Assembly (NCBI GenBank): GCA_938075155.1
Contig: CALJGL010000038.1
Coordinates: 36,767-100,766, forward strand
Origin: an uncultured bacterium
GTDB taxonomy: Bacteria; Planctomycetota; UBA8108; UBA1146
Reading direction: 5' to 3'
Length of the DNA stretch: 64,000 nt
The first letter of the stretch is position 1. Every line of letters starts with the position of its first letter. Of the stretch, positions 17,212 to 28,144 are shown in pieces. A program made the translations under genes and the position numbers. The notes under the pieces are model-generated. The model ran no database searches. It worked only from the letters and a program-made list of their open reading frames with translations, and was not told where the DNA came from.

Positions 17212-18354
17212 ATGAGCGCCCGAACTATAGGCGTACCTAGAGAAATTAAACAGCAGGAGCAGCGGGTTTCCGTGGTCCCTTCAGGGGCATTCCTTCTGGT
17301 GAAGTCGGGACATTCTGTTCTCGTCGAAAAAGGAGCCGGACTCGGGAGTGGTATCGCCGACGAGGAATACATTGCCGCTGGCTGCGAGATCGTTGAAGGC
17401 GCAGATGAAGTTTGGGCCCGCGCAGAAATCATCGTCAAGGTGAAAGAGCCGTTGGAGTCCGAATACGGATATCTTCGCCCCGACCTCATTGTCTTTACTT
17501 ACTTCCACTTTGCCGCTTCTCGAGGGTTGACGGATGCCTGCCTCGAGTCGGGTGTCGCAGCGGTGGCCTACGAAACGATTGAGGATTCGAAGGGGGCCTT
17601 GCCACTTTTGACTCCTATGAGTGAAGTCGCCGGTCGAATGTCGGTTCTTGCAGGAGCCATAGTCCTTCAACGCCAAAATGGTGGACGCGGTGTTTTGCTT
17701 CCTGGAGTACCGGGAGTAGAGCCGGGTCGAGTCGTCGTTCTCGGAGGCGGAGTGGTGGGAGCCAATGCTGCTCGCATGGCTGCAGGTTTGGGTGCCAGGG
17801 TCAAGATTTTTGACATCGATCTCGACAGACTCAGATACCTCGATGACACGATGCCGGCAAATGTGAATACGTGTTATTCCACCCCTTATTCGATACGCGA
17901 AGCTGTTCAACAGTCTGATCTCGTCATCGGAGCGGTTCTCGTGGCGGGAGATCGTGCCCCTGTCCTCGTTCCCAAAGATTGGTTATCAGAGATGCCTGAG
18001 GGCTCAGTGATCGTTGATGTGGCTGTGGACCAGGGGGGTTGTGTCGAGACATGCAAGCCCACAACTCACGCCGATCCGACCTATGTCGTCGATGGAGTGG
18101 TTCATTACTGTGTCGCAAACATGCCTGGCGCGGTTTCCAGAACTTCAACATTTGCACTGACCAATGCCACCTTCCCGTTCCTTATGGAGCTCGCGAATGA
18201 TGGGTTGGGATCCTTTGTCCGTAGAAATCCACTGCAGGCTCAGGGACTGAATATCTTCTCTGGGAAAGTCTTCCATCGTGGTGTGAGTAAGGCGTTCGAA
18301 CTGCCTCTTCACCCCATCGATGATCTTCCAGCAATAGGAGGGCCTGTCCGGTGA
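17212..18354 (+). CDS. ald: Alanine dehydrogenase
   Basis: [74 protein letters not shown]; RBS AAGGAG before ATG 17212. Confidence 0.97.
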   Translation: MSARTIGVPREIKQQEQRVSVVPSGAFLLVKSGHSVLVEKGAGLGSGIADEEYIAAGCEIVEGADEVWARAEIIVKVKEPLESEYGYLRPDLIVFTYFHFAASRGLTDACLESGVAAVAYETIEDSKGALPLLTPMSEVAGRMSVLAGAIVLQRQNGGRGVLLPGVPGVEPGRVVVLGGGVVGANAARMAAGLGARVKIFDIDLDRLRYLDDTMPANVNTCYSTPYSIREAVQQSDLVIGAVLVAGDRAPVLVPKDWLSEMPEGSVIVDVAVDQGGCVETCKPTTHADPTYVVDGVVHYCVANMPGAVSRTSTFALTNATFPFLMELANDGLGSFVRRNPLQAQGLNIFSGKVFHRGVSKAFELPLHPIDDLPAIGGPVR

Positions 18355-19379
18355 ATTCGGAAGGACTCGCTGCTGAGGAGAGCCCGATCGAACGATCGAA
18401 AATCCTAGCACACCTTTACGAGCCCATTGCGGATGACATGGAACAACTCCGAGAGTTCCTCTCGGTAGAGTTTGTTTCGAGTGAGCCATACGTGCATGAA
18501 CTGTTGGATCATTTGGCGCAGTTTCGGGGAAAACAGATTCGTCCTGCGTGCGTTTTTCTGGCAGCTCGTTGCTTTGGTGAAGTGACTTCGGATCATGTCC
18601 GATGCGCTGCAGTTGTTGAATTGATTCATACTGCAACACTCGTTCATGACGATCTTCTCGACCAAGCTGACGTGCGTCGCAGAGTCGAGACTATTCATCA
18701 ACGATATGGCGATCGCGCTGCCATTTTGTTGGGTGATATTATCTATGCTCGTGGATTTGTAATCTCGACCGCGGTTGAAGGTGCTGCTAGCCTCTTGGCT
18801 GAATGTACTCGAGAAATCTGCATAGGAGAGATTCTTCAGGTGGGCAATGCCGGAAACCTGGAACTGACTCTTCAGCAATATCAGGAAATCATTCATCGGA
18901 AAACTGCGATTCTGTATGGACTGTCCTGCAAGCTCGGATCAATGCTCTCTGGAGCCACTTCCGAGCAGGTCACCGCTCTCGAATCTTTCGGGAACAAAAT
19001 GGGTGAAGCTTTTCAAATCATCGATGATTCTCTCGACCTTGTAGGGGACCCGGAAGTCGTTGGTAAATCATTGGGTACAGATCTAGCGAATGGGAAGCTG
19101 ACCTTGCCACTGCTCTTGTTGCGTGATTCCCTTGAGGGGGCAGAGCGGGAACAGTTGATGCAGTTGTTGGCAGATTGTTACCAATCAGAGGCTTCCGAGA
19201 GTTCCAGAGTAGAGATGGCAACCCTTTTGGCCAATCATGGGATCATGCAGCGTGTTCGTGGGCGGGCTAAAGATGCGATTGAGTCTGCCTTGTCGGACCT
19301 ACGAGGGGCTGCACCTGAATCACCTTCCAGACAGCGTCTGGAAGATCTCGCTGAGTATATTATTCAAAGAGAATTGTAG
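18351..19379 (+). CDS. Polyprenyl diphosphate synthase (IspB/HepT-like)
   Basis: GKQIRP, first Asp-rich motif LIHTATLVHDDLLD with RR, second motif FQIIDDSLD, GKSLGTDLANGKLTLP. Confidence 0.93.
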   Translation: MNSEGLAAEESPIERSKILAHLYEPIADDMEQLREFLSVEFVSSEPYVHELLDHLAQFRGKQIRPACVFLAARCFGEVTSDHVRCAAVVELIHTATLVHDDLLDQADVRRRVETIHQRYGDRAAILLGDIIYARGFVISTAVEGAASLLAECTREICIGEILQVGNAGNLELTLQQYQEIIHRKTAILYGLSCKLGSMLSGATSEQVTALESFGNKMGEAFQIIDDSLDLVGDPEVVGKSLGTDLANGKLTLPLLLLRDSLEGAEREQLMQLLADCYQSEASESSRVEMATLLANHGIMQRVRGRAKDAIESALSDLRGAAPESPSRQRLEDLAEYIIQREL

Positions 19380-19387
19380 GGAGTTTC

Positions 19388-19900
19388 ATGTCGCCTGCTG
19401 AAGATGTGTCACCTTCCGAAGGTCTTTCTCACACTAATGAGGATGGCGAATCGAGAATGGTCGACGTCGGAGATAAGAAAATCTCTGATCGCCGTGCTGT
19501 TGCGGAGGGGCGCATCCTGATGAATCCGTCGACACTGGAACTGATCAGTGAAGGTGAAGTCGAAAAGGGAGACGTTCTCGCGGTTGCTAGAATCGCTGCA
19601 ATCCAAGGTGCTAAAGAAACTTCTCGTCTTATTCCGATGTGTCATCCACTGCCTCTCGACCATGTCGAGGTGGAGATTGAAAACGGAGTCGAGGGAGATC
19701 GCGCTTGGGTCATGATCAGAGTTCAGTCCAGAGTTCAGGCAAGAACCGGAGTTGAAATGGAAGCGATGGTCGCCGTGAGTGCGGGTTTGTTGACGATCTA
19801 CGACATGTGTAAAGCTGTGGATCGGCATATGGAGCTGGATCAGATCCGGTTACTAGAGAAATCAGGTGGGCGTTCGGGTCACTGGACACGTGCAGACTGA
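19388..19900 (+). CDS. moaC: Cyclic pyranopterin monophosphate synthase (Moco biosynthesis)
   Basis: LSHTNEDGESRMVDVGDK, KGDVLAVARIAAIQGAK, LIPMCHPL, TGVEMEA, IYDMCKAVD, LLEKSGGRSG. Confidence 0.97.
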   Translation: MSPAEDVSPSEGLSHTNEDGESRMVDVGDKKISDRRAVAEGRILMNPSTLELISEGEVEKGDVLAVARIAAIQGAKETSRLIPMCHPLPLDHVEVEIENGVEGDRAWVMIRVQSRVQARTGVEMEAMVAVSAGLLTIYDMCKAVDRHMELDQIRLLEKSGGRSGHWTRAD

Positions 19901-19933
19901 AGAAAGTGGTCTTCGGGCTACGGAAGGAAATCG

Positions 19934-20806
19934 GTGATGACGCAAATCATTGACGGAAAAGCAAGAGCCAAAGAACTTCGCAAGGAACTCAAAGGTCGCG
20001 TCAGCGCTTTTGTCGAACAGTCGGGCTACCCTCCCGGCCTCGGGGTCTTACTTGTCGGAGAAGACCCTGCCAGTGCGGTCTATGTTCGAAACAAGGAACG
20101 GGCCTGTGCCAAAGCAGGAATCCAATCATTCCATCACCAGTTGCCAAGAGAGGCGACTCAAGAGCAGGTTGAGGAGGTGATTGATCAACTCAACGCGGAT
20201 GCTCAGGTCCATGGGATTCTTCTTCAGTTGCCACTGCCCGACCATCTGGATGCCGAGCCTCTCTTATTAAGAATCCTGCCAGAGAAGGATGCGGACGGAT
20301 TTCATCCCGTCAACGCAGGTCTTCTCGCCGTCGGTCAGCCTCGATTTGTTCCATGCACACCGTTGGGCTGCGTCGATTTATTGAAGTGGGCTGGAGTTGA
20401 AATTCAGGGAGCAGAGGCTGTCGTCGTTGGACGATCCAACATCGTTGGTAAGCCTGCGGCTCAGTTACTTCTTGCTGAGGGTGCAACGGTGACGATTTGT
20501 CACTCTAAAACCAAAGATTTGGCATCCCATGTAGGTCGTGCCGATATTGTCGTGGCTGCAGTAGGCGTCCCTGAAATGATCAAGGGCGAATGGATCAAAG
20601 AGGGTGCCGCGGTGATTGACGTTGGAATCAATCGATTAGACGATGGTCGTCTTGTGGGTGATGTCGAATTTGAATCGGCAAAGCAACGCGCGGGCGGCAT
20701 CACGCCGGTACCGGGTGGAGTGGGCCCGATGACTGTAGCCAAGTTATTGGAGAACACTTTAGAAGGTGCTATTCGTCAAGAGGCGGAAAAACAACAGACT
20801 GTTTGA
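19934..20806 (+). CDS. folD: Bifunctional methylenetetrahydrofolate dehydrogenase/cyclohydrolase
   Basis: IIDGK, VGEDPASAVYVRNK, GILLQLPLP, KDADGFHP, PCTPLG, GRSNIVGKP, ITPVPGGVGPMT. Confidence 0.98.
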   Translation: MMTQIIDGKARAKELRKELKGRVSAFVEQSGYPPGLGVLLVGEDPASAVYVRNKERACAKAGIQSFHHQLPREATQEQVEEVIDQLNADAQVHGILLQLPLPDHLDAEPLLLRILPEKDADGFHPVNAGLLAVGQPRFVPCTPLGCVDLLKWAGVEIQGAEAVVVGRSNIVGKPAAQLLLAEGATVTICHSKTKDLASHVGRADIVVAAVGVPEMIKGEWIKEGAAVIDVGINRLDDGRLVGDVEFESAKQRAGGITPVPGGVGPMTVAKLLENTLEGAIRQEAEKQQTV

Positions 20807-20848
20807 TGGTTGTCCGGCTCGAGTATCCGAATGTGATGAGGAAATATC

Positions 20849-22669
20849 ATGAGTCGAAAGATCAATAAATTGCCACAGTTACTCGTCGATCAAATCGCTG
20901 CTGGCGAAGTGATCGAACGTCCTGCATCTGTGGTGAAAGAGTTGATCGAGAATTGTCTCGACGCAGGTTCTTCTTCTATCGAAGTTGACCTTGAGGACGG
21001 AGGCAAGCGGCTGATTCAGGTGACCGACGATGGTCAGGGTATCTCTGAGGATCAGTTGCCTTTGGCGCTCGCGAGTCACGCCACTTCCAAATTGAAAGAA
21101 GTGGCAGATCTGGATCGTATTCTGACTCTAGGATTTCGGGGCGAGGCGCTCTCCAGTATGTCTGCGGTCGCTACCGTCGAAATCTCCTCTCGAACATCTG
21201 GGACAGAGATGGCCTTTAGGGTCTCTGGTCGTCACGGAGAGATAGAAAATCTCTCGCCAGTGGCACTCAGGCCAGGAACACGTGTGAGAGTGATCGACCT
21301 TTTCTCATCTGTTCCGGCAAGAAGAAGGTTTCTGCGCGCGAGTTCGGCAGAGGTGGCTCGTTGTTCTGCTGTTATTAAAGCTGCTGCAATGGCTCATCCC
21401 ACGGTGGCTTTTTGTCTCACGCACGATGGCCGAACGGTACTGAAATATCCTGCAGACCAATCGCTTCCTGAGAGAATCGCTGAAGTTCTTGGAGAAGGTA
21501 TTCAAGACAGAATGATTCCGCTTTCTGGGGAGAATGGAGTGACCGGTTGGATCGCTCGTCCAGATGTTCAGCGCAGAAATTCTGATGGGATCTGGACTTT
21601 CCTCAATGGCAGACCACTCAAGGATTCCGTTCTTCAACATGGAGTTCGACAAGGATTTAAGGGATATCAGATCCCCGGGTTTTTCCCGGTGGCTGTTATC
21701 GGTATCGATGTGGATCCTGGCGAAGTGGACGTCAATGTTCACCCGTCGAAACTCGAGGTTCGTTTTCGTGATAAAGAATCGATCCACCGGAAGATTCGTA
21801 GATCGATTCGTATGACACTTGAGGAGACAGGGTCCGTTCCGCTTCTCGACTTACCGGGCGGGGCAAGCGGAGACGCTGCAGGCGGCACAGCTTCTTCAGG
21901 GGGTGCTTCCTCTGAGACACAAACGTTGAACCCTTATCACCCAGAATCGGGTGAGAGAGCGGATGTCGTTGCTTCTGAAAATTCAATGCTGGAATCGTTA
22001 GGGATGACGATGAGCGGAATTTCTCATTCAGAGAACGTCAGCGAAAACTATCAAGAAGGACGCTCTGTTCAATCGGGCGAATCCAGTCTGGTGGCGGATT
22101 CGGTGCGTGTTTTCCAGGTGAATGATGCATTCCTCATTCTTGAAGAAGAAGATGGGCTGAGGGTTATCGATCAACATGCCCTCCATGAAAAAGTGCTCTA
22201 TGAAGAAATCCTTGCCCGTCGAGAATCGGGAGGAGCTTCACAAGGACTGTTGGTTCCTGAAACTGTCCCACTCGATCCCCGTGCTTGGACGATTTTTGTA
22301 GAAACACAAGAATCGCTGGGTGAGTTGGGTCTGGTCGCCGAGGAATTCGGAGATGGCATCGCTCTGGTGAGGGCGGTTCCACACGGATTTGAAAATCGAT
22401 CTCCCGCAAATCTACTTCGTGATTTATTGGCTCAAATGGAGCCTGTGGTCTCTTCAGGAGCTCCCTTGCCAGACATTAGGGAGAGGCTTTTGCAAACCAT
22501 GGCCTGCAAGGCAGCGGTCAAGGCTGGCCAGCCTTTGTCCAAAGAGGCCCAAGAGGACTTGGTCCGTGCAAGAGAGGGAGCCTTTCAGCCTGAAAACTGC
22601 CCACATGGCCGACCTTCTGAATTGTTTATTTCTTGGCTGGAATTACAGCGACGATTCGATCGTAAATGA
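20849..22669 (+). CDS. mutL: DNA mismatch repair endonuclease MutL
   Basis: QIAAGEVIERPASVVKELIENCLDAG, GFRGEALSS, DVNVHPSKLEVRF; endonuclease motifs DQHALHE, ACKAAVK, CPHGRP (MutH-independent type). Confidence 0.97.
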   Translation: MSRKINKLPQLLVDQIAAGEVIERPASVVKELIENCLDAGSSSIEVDLEDGGKRLIQVTDDGQGISEDQLPLALASHATSKLKEVADLDRILTLGFRGEALSSMSAVATVEISSRTSGTEMAFRVSGRHGEIENLSPVALRPGTRVRVIDLFSSVPARRRFLRASSAEVARCSAVIKAAAMAHPTVAFCLTHDGRTVLKYPADQSLPERIAEVLGEGIQDRMIPLSGENGVTGWIARPDVQRRNSDGIWTFLNGRPLKDSVLQHGVRQGFKGYQIPGFFPVAVIGIDVDPGEVDVNVHPSKLEVRFRDKESIHRKIRRSIRMTLEETGSVPLLDLPGGASGDAAGGTASSGGASSETQTLNPYHPESGERADVVASENSMLESLGMTMSGISHSENVSENYQEGRSVQSGESSLVADSVRVFQVNDAFLILEEEDGLRVIDQHALHEKVLYEEILARRESGGASQGLLVPETVPLDPRAWTIFVETQESLGELGLVAEEFGDGIALVRAVPHGFENRSPANLLRDLLAQMEPVVSSGAPLPDIRERLLQTMACKAAVKAGQPLSKEAQEDLVRAREGAFQPENCPHGRPSELFISWLELQRRFDRK

Positions 22670-22786
22670 GTTACTTGGCTTCCTGATATATGGGGAACGT
22701 GGTAATTTCTATATGTAGTGATCCTGAATCCCGGAATCTGTAAGTTACGGGTTGGAATCACATGTATCCGCTGACGAGAGGTCTCC

Positions 22787-23875
22787 ATGGATCGCCCTGT
22801 TGACGCCCCGTCCTTGCTCATAGTTTTGGAGGCCGGCTTGGCCTCGACATTCCGTAGAAGGATTCGGGACCGACTCGAATCTTTAGGGACTCAGGTTTCC
22901 GTTCTGGATGGGCAAGGTAGGAACTATCTCCAAGTGGAGGGGGATATCGAACCTCTCCGCACTCTTGCTCTGGACTCCTGGAAAGGCGTAGAGAAATCCG
23001 TCTTTATCGGTGAGGCTCATCGACATGGTTCCCGTGTCGACTCGGGAACCCATTCACGTGTATCCGTTGGAGACGTAACGCTCGGTGCAGGAGAGTTTGT
23101 CATCATCGCAGGTCCCTGCGCTGTTGAAGAAGAAGAAAGAACACTTCGCCTGGCCGCGAGTGTTGCCTCATCGGGTGCGCATCTTTTTCGTGGCGGAGCA
23201 TTCAAACCAAGAACATCGCCTTACGCATTTCAGGGACTCGGTGACAAAGCATTACAGATCCTCTCCAGAGCTCGAGAGGAAACTGGACTCGGGATTGTCA
23301 CTGAAATAATGGATCCCAGAGACGTCGAGAAGATGTCAGAAACGGCAGACCTACTTCAAGTAGGGAGTCGGAACATGCACAACTATTCCTTGCTCAAGGA
23401 ATTGGGAATGACTCGATTGCCGGTGCTTCTCAAGCGTGGGTTCTCTTCGACTGCAGAGGAATTTTTGCTCGCAGCTGAGTATATTCTCTCCGGAGGCAAT
23501 CCAAATGTGATTCTGTGCGAGAGAGGTATCCGCTGTTCGGCGGCTTCTCGACAAGTCGTTCTCGACCTCGGCATTATTCCAGAACTGAAGAAAAAGACTC
23601 ACCTGCCTGTGATCGTTGATCCGTCTCACGGATCGGCGGAATCCTACAGGGTTCCTGCACTCGCAAAAGCAGCAGTGGCTGTCGGTGCAGACGGTTTACT
23701 TGTTGAGGTTCATGATCAACCTGAAGAAGCTTTGTCAGATGGACGACAAGCTCTTTCACCGGAAGAGTTTAAAAATCTGGTTCCAGAGTTGAAATCTATT
23801 CATCAAATCGTATCGGGGGGGCAGCACGTGAAGCAGGAAGGCCTGATCAGTGCACCCGGCGGGGAGGACATTTGA
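22787..23875 (+). CDS. aroF: 3-deoxy-7-phosphoheptulonate (DAHP) synthase, type I-beta with N-terminal regulatory extension
   Basis: IAGPCAVE, FRGGAFKPRTSPYAFQGLG, QVGSRNMHN, LLKRG, ILCERGI, VIVDPSHG, GADGLLVEVH. Confidence 0.92.
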   Translation: MDRPVDAPSLLIVLEAGLASTFRRRIRDRLESLGTQVSVLDGQGRNYLQVEGDIEPLRTLALDSWKGVEKSVFIGEAHRHGSRVDSGTHSRVSVGDVTLGAGEFVIIAGPCAVEEEERTLRLAASVASSGAHLFRGGAFKPRTSPYAFQGLGDKALQILSRAREETGLGIVTEIMDPRDVEKMSETADLLQVGSRNMHNYSLLKELGMTRLPVLLKRGFSSTAEEFLLAAEYILSGGNPNVILCERGIRCSAASRQVVLDLGIIPELKKKTHLPVIVDPSHGSAESYRVPALAKAAVAVGADGLLVEVHDQPEEALSDGRQALSPEEFKNLVPELKSIHQIVSGGQHVKQEGLISAPGGEDI

Positions 23876-25170
23876 CCGATTCCGCAGCGGATCTGATCTC
23901 TGGATTCGAAACCAGACAGGTCGGACAAAGTGGCCAGTTGCACGTTCGTTCAGAAAATCGCCGCAAAACCAGTCATCTCAATTTGACATGGATTGCTGAT
24001 CTGGGCCCTCACAATGCTCGTCGCTGTTTGATTCCGGCATGTTTGCTGAGAGGAACTCAGCAACATCCTTCTCAGCGAGAATTGAATCGGAGAAGTGAGC
24101 AGCTCTGGGGGTTATCAACTTCCAGCTCGACACATCGTTCCGGTCAAAGGCACCTTTTTTCCATCACTGCTGAGTTCCCAGACGATGCCAATCTTCCTGA
24201 GGGAGAAGCGGTCCTTGAAGATGCGATTGATTTCCTTTGGCAGCTGATTCATGAACCCCATCTTGTCAATGAAGTGTTCCCTTCCGATATCGTCGAGTCT
24301 GAAATACTTCAGCATCGTCGATTGATCGAAGGAGCCATCGACAACAAGGCCGCATGGGCACAGCAAAGATGCATGGAAGAAGCATGTTTTGATGAGCCAT
24401 GGCGCTTTCATCACCTCGGGAAGACAGACGACCTTGAAGGTCTCGATAATATTGAGATGACTCGTCGCTGGCGTGATGTGGTGGAGAACAACCCTCTGCA
24501 TGTGCATTTCAGCGGGAACCTTGATCCTGAAGAAGTTTTTGGACGCCTTGAAAGATTGTTCTCAGGAAACAAGGCTTCCAAGGATGCGCTTGCGGAACCA
24601 TGCGCCATTCGTGCGTCAGAGAATCCTCGTGAGTTGACCGAGTACGCGAAGGTTCAGCAGGCCAATCTAATTATGGCCCTTAGGACGATGGTCTCTCGGG
24701 GACACCACTTGGAGGAACCCCTGATGATCGCCAACGGAATCTTGGGCGGATTTGCTCATTCCAGGTTGTTTACTCAGGTTCGAGAAAAAGAAAGTCTCTG
24801 TTATTCCATCCATTCCAACGTCGACAACAACACGGGATTGATGACGATTGGTTCTGGTGTCGATGGAGATGCGGCCGATCGCGCTCGTGAGAGTATTCTA
24901 GAGCAGGTCGAATTCGTGAAAGCCGGAAAGTTTAGCGACGAAGAATTCGGCATGACAATGAGTGCATGGGATTCTCGACTTCGAATGGTGCAGGATTCTC
25001 CTGGAGCCCTTGCGGATTTTGATTTGAGGTCGAGGATATCAAAGCGAGATCCTTCTATTGAGGCTCTTCGTAGCCGAATAGCAGGAGTAAAGCGTGAAGA
25101 TGTGGTGGAAGCCATGGAGTTGCTTCACCTGGATATGACTTACCTTCTTGCCCCCGAGGAGACAAATTGA
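23872..25170 (+). CDS. M16 family peptidase-like, non-catalytic subunit (YmfF-like)
   Basis: LLRGTQQHPS N-terminal pattern, NGILGGFAHSRLFTQVREKESLCYSI; no HXXEH motif. Confidence 0.85.
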   Translation: MTDSAADLISGFETRQVGQSGQLHVRSENRRKTSHLNLTWIADLGPHNARRCLIPACLLRGTQQHPSQRELNRRSEQLWGLSTSSSTHRSGQRHLFSITAEFPDDANLPEGEAVLEDAIDFLWQLIHEPHLVNEVFPSDIVESEILQHRRLIEGAIDNKAAWAQQRCMEEACFDEPWRFHHLGKTDDLEGLDNIEMTRRWRDVVENNPLHVHFSGNLDPEEVFGRLERLFSGNKASKDALAEPCAIRASENPRELTEYAKVQQANLIMALRTMVSRGHHLEEPLMIANGILGGFAHSRLFTQVREKESLCYSIHSNVDNNTGLMTIGSGVDGDAADRARESILEQVEFVKAGKFSDEEFGMTMSAWDSRLRMVQDSPGALADFDLRSRISKRDPSIEALRSRIAGVKREDVVEAMELLHLDMTYLLAPEETN

Positions 25171-26465
25171 GTTGGACCGGTGATCCCACAGTATTAGAGA
25201 ATTCAACACTTCAAGAGCGCGTGGTCGAGCGAGTTCACTCGAGCGGAGCCACAGTCGCTTTTTGTCATAAGCCCGGGTATCTCAGGAAATATGCCTGCTT
25301 TACCACGAACTTTGGGAGCGTCGACGATCGCTTCCGAATAGGCGGAGGCTCCGAAGTCTCTTTACCTGATGGTGTGGCACACTTCCTCGAGCATAAAATG
25401 TTTGAGGGTGAAAAAGAGGATGCGTTCCAAGAGTTCAGTCGACTGGGTGCGAGTGCAAATGCCTTCACCGGTTTCAATGGAACTTCATATCTCTTCTCTT
25501 GTACTGATCAGTTCTATTCATGCTTGTCGCACTTGGTGCGCTTTGTTCAGTCTCCCCATTTCACTCCCGAGAATGTGGAGAAAGAGAAGGGGATCATTGG
25601 TCAAGAAATCCGCATGTACGAAGATATGCCGGGTTGGCGTGTTTACTTTAATTTGCTTGAGGCCATGTATGAAAACCATCCGGTGTCAAAAGACATCGCT
25701 GGAACCGAAGAAAGCATCTCTGGAATCACATCCCCATTGCTAGACGATTGTTGGTCGGCGTTTTATCACCCGTCCAACATGATCTTATTTGCTGTGGGAG
25801 ACGAATCTGAAGAAGAGTTCTTTGAACAGGCAGATCGTCTTCTTTCTGAAAAAGACTTAGGCCCTGCACCTCTTTTAGAAAAAATTGCGACAAGTGAAGA
25901 ACTCGATCCTGCAAAAACAGAGATCCGACAAGAGATGCATGTGGGTCGATCGAAGCTACTCATGGGATGGAAGGATGTTCATCCCGGTCTGAGTGGCAAG
26001 GAAATGATGCATAAGGAGTTGCTGACGGATTTGGTTCTTGAGTGCGTCTTCGGGCAGAGTGGAGAGCTCTTCGAGAAACTCCAGACTGCAAATCTCGTCG
26101 ACGATTCCTTTGGAGCCAGTTACATGATTTACGGCGATGTGGGGCACTCTGCCATTGGCGGAGATGTCGCAGAACCTGATCAGGTCCGAGATTTCATTTT
26201 GGAAGAACTGCCCGCGATATTGGCCAAAGGTATTTGTACTGAAGACATCGATCGCCAGAGGCGAGCTGCGACAGGGCAACTTCTTCGAAGTTTCAATTCG
26301 CTAGAGAACATTGCTGGCAGTTACTGTAGTGCTAGGTTCTTGGGGTCGAATCCCTTCGAGGTCGTCGATCTGGTCAACAAGATTCAGTCAGAAGAGGTGG
26401 TAGAGAGACTCAGGGAGCATATTCATCCCGATCGGATGGTTTGTTCGATTATTTCGCCTGCCTGA
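25167..26465 (+). CDS. M16 family zinc peptidase, catalytic subunit (YmfH-like)
   Basis: DGVAHFLEHKMFE (HXXEH), GASANAFTGF, NVEKEKGIIGQEIRMYED, DIAGTEESI, FYHPSNM; 4-nt overlap with the upstream M16 gene. Confidence 0.92.
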   Translation: MSWTGDPTVLENSTLQERVVERVHSSGATVAFCHKPGYLRKYACFTTNFGSVDDRFRIGGGSEVSLPDGVAHFLEHKMFEGEKEDAFQEFSRLGASANAFTGFNGTSYLFSCTDQFYSCLSHLVRFVQSPHFTPENVEKEKGIIGQEIRMYEDMPGWRVYFNLLEAMYENHPVSKDIAGTEESISGITSPLLDDCWSAFYHPSNMILFAVGDESEEEFFEQADRLLSEKDLGPAPLLEKIATSEELDPAKTEIRQEMHVGRSKLLMGWKDVHPGLSGKEMMHKELLTDLVLECVFGQSGELFEKLQTANLVDDSFGASYMIYGDVGHSAIGGDVAEPDQVRDFILEELPAILAKGICTEDIDRQRRAATGQLLRSFNSLENIAGSYCSARFLGSNPFEVVDLVNKIQSEEVVERLREHIHPDRMVCSIISPA

Positions 26466-26560
26466 GTTGTCGTTTCGATCCTCGCTCGTCATGGTCTGAT
26501 TTGATCGCGATCTGATTAGGAACTATCCTGAGAACCTGATCTACAGAGCATGGGGGTAAA

Positions 26561-28144
26561 ATGCAGCAACATTGGAAGATTCTTGTTTGGTTGATTGCTG
26601 GAGTGATTCTGGGAATCGCTTTTCAACAACTGACCGCAGCGCCTGGGTATGTAGGCTCAAGTTTCAGTGAGGGTGAAGCCGGAACCTCAACAGTGGTCGT
26701 CGATAATGTCTCCCGCAATCTAAAACCTAAAGGCCGGTCGGATTCAGAAGCTCTTCAAAAAGGCGACGTCATCTCTCGTGTGATTCTTAACGCGGGTATG
26801 GAAGATGAAGTACGCCTCGACAAGATCGAGAACTTGTCCTCTTTGACAGATTTCCTCAGTGAAGTTGGCGCCGGTGGAGTCGTCTCCATCTTTTTGGAGG
26901 ATGGAACTGTAAGAAGTTCCCAAGTGATTCTTGATCCGCAATCGGACAGATCTCGTTGGTTGTATCCGTTTGTCTTCCTTGCCGATATTTTTATGAGATT
27001 ACTAAAAATGCTCATCATGCCGCTGGTTTTCACATCCATAGTCACGGGTGTTGCCGGGCTTGGAGGCGGTGAAGATTTTGGCAGATTAGGGCGCAGGACC
27101 TTTGGCTACTATGTGACGACTTCTTTTCTCGCGGTTGGGTTGGGCCTTGTTCTGGTGAACCTCATCCGTCCAGGAGAGGGAGCGCAGTTGGGATTGTCGA
27201 CTCAAGCAGAGTTTGGGCAAGCATCCGAAAACTGGTTGGATATTCTACGCCGTATGGTTCCCGAGAACGTCTTCGAGGCCTTCACCGGGAATGGCAATAT
27301 GCTCCAGGTGATCTTCTTCGCGCTTCTATTTGGGTTCTTTATTACGCGAGCTCCAGAGAAGCCTCGAAAGTTCCTTACTGAACTTCTCGATTCAGCATTC
27401 CAAGTGGTCATGTTGATGGCTTCTTGGGTCATGAAGCTGGTTCCGTATGGTGTCTTCTGTCTTTTGGTAAAAGTTGTTGGAGAGACCGGATTCGACATCT
27501 TTATCCCGCTGAGTACCTACATGTTGACGGTATTCTTGGCCCTCGTGATTCACGCTGGAGTGGTCTTGCCGACCCTGTTGAAGGTAGTGGGGGGAGTCTC
27601 TCCGCTGAAGTGGTTCCGGGCCATGAGTCCAGTTTTGATGACGGCTTTTTCAACTTCATCTTCCTCGCTGACATTACCGACAACTCTGAATACTCTGAAA
27701 AAACGTGGCCGAGTTTCTACAAAGACGAGTTCATTTGTTGCTCCCCTTGGAGCGACAGTGAATATGGATGGTACCGCTTTGTATGAGTGCATTGGGGTGG
27801 TCTTCCTCGCCCAGTACTACGCGAGTACCGGTGACTTTGTTCTGACATTTGGATCTCAAGTCACGGTGGTTATGGCTGCATTCTTGGCTTCGATCGGTGC
27901 TGCTGGAATCCCATCTGCGGGATTGATCATGATGCTGACAATCCTGAGTGCCCTCAAATTGCCTCTAGAGGGAGCTGCTCTGCTCTTGGCGGTTGACAGA
28001 CCTTTGGACATGTGTCGAACGATGGTCAATGTCTGGAGTGATACCGTGGGTTCAGCGATTGTTGCCTCTAAGGAAGGTGAAACAGGCCTAGGGGAGTTCA
28101 AGGATTCTGCTATTGGGGATTCTGCTACTGGGGAAGCTGCCTGA
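26561..28144 (+). CDS. Dicarboxylate/amino acid:cation symporter (DAACS, GltP-like) with an insertion between TM1 and TM2
   Basis: FMRLLKMLIMPLVF, AFSTSSSSLTLP (HP1), GATVNMDGTALY (NMDG), ASIGAAGIP (HP2), AVDRPLDMCRTMVN (TM8 with the Arg typical of acidic substrates). Confidence 0.92.
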   Translation: MQQHWKILVWLIAGVILGIAFQQLTAAPGYVGSSFSEGEAGTSTVVVDNVSRNLKPKGRSDSEALQKGDVISRVILNAGMEDEVRLDKIENLSSLTDFLSEVGAGGVVSIFLEDGTVRSSQVILDPQSDRSRWLYPFVFLADIFMRLLKMLIMPLVFTSIVTGVAGLGGGEDFGRLGRRTFGYYVTTSFLAVGLGLVLVNLIRPGEGAQLGLSTQAEFGQASENWLDILRRMVPENVFEAFTGNGNMLQVIFFALLFGFFITRAPEKPRKFLTELLDSAFQVVMLMASWVMKLVPYGVFCLLVKVVGETGFDIFIPLSTYMLTVFLALVIHAGVVLPTLLKVVGGVSPLKWFRAMSPVLMTAFSTSSSSLTLPTTLNTLKKRGRVSTKTSSFVAPLGATVNMDGTALYECIGVVFLAQYYASTGDFVLTFGSQVTVVMAAFLASIGAAGIPSAGLIMMLTILSALKLPLEGAALLLAVDRPLDMCRTMVNVWSDTVGSAIVASKEGETGLGEFKDSAIGDSATGEAA

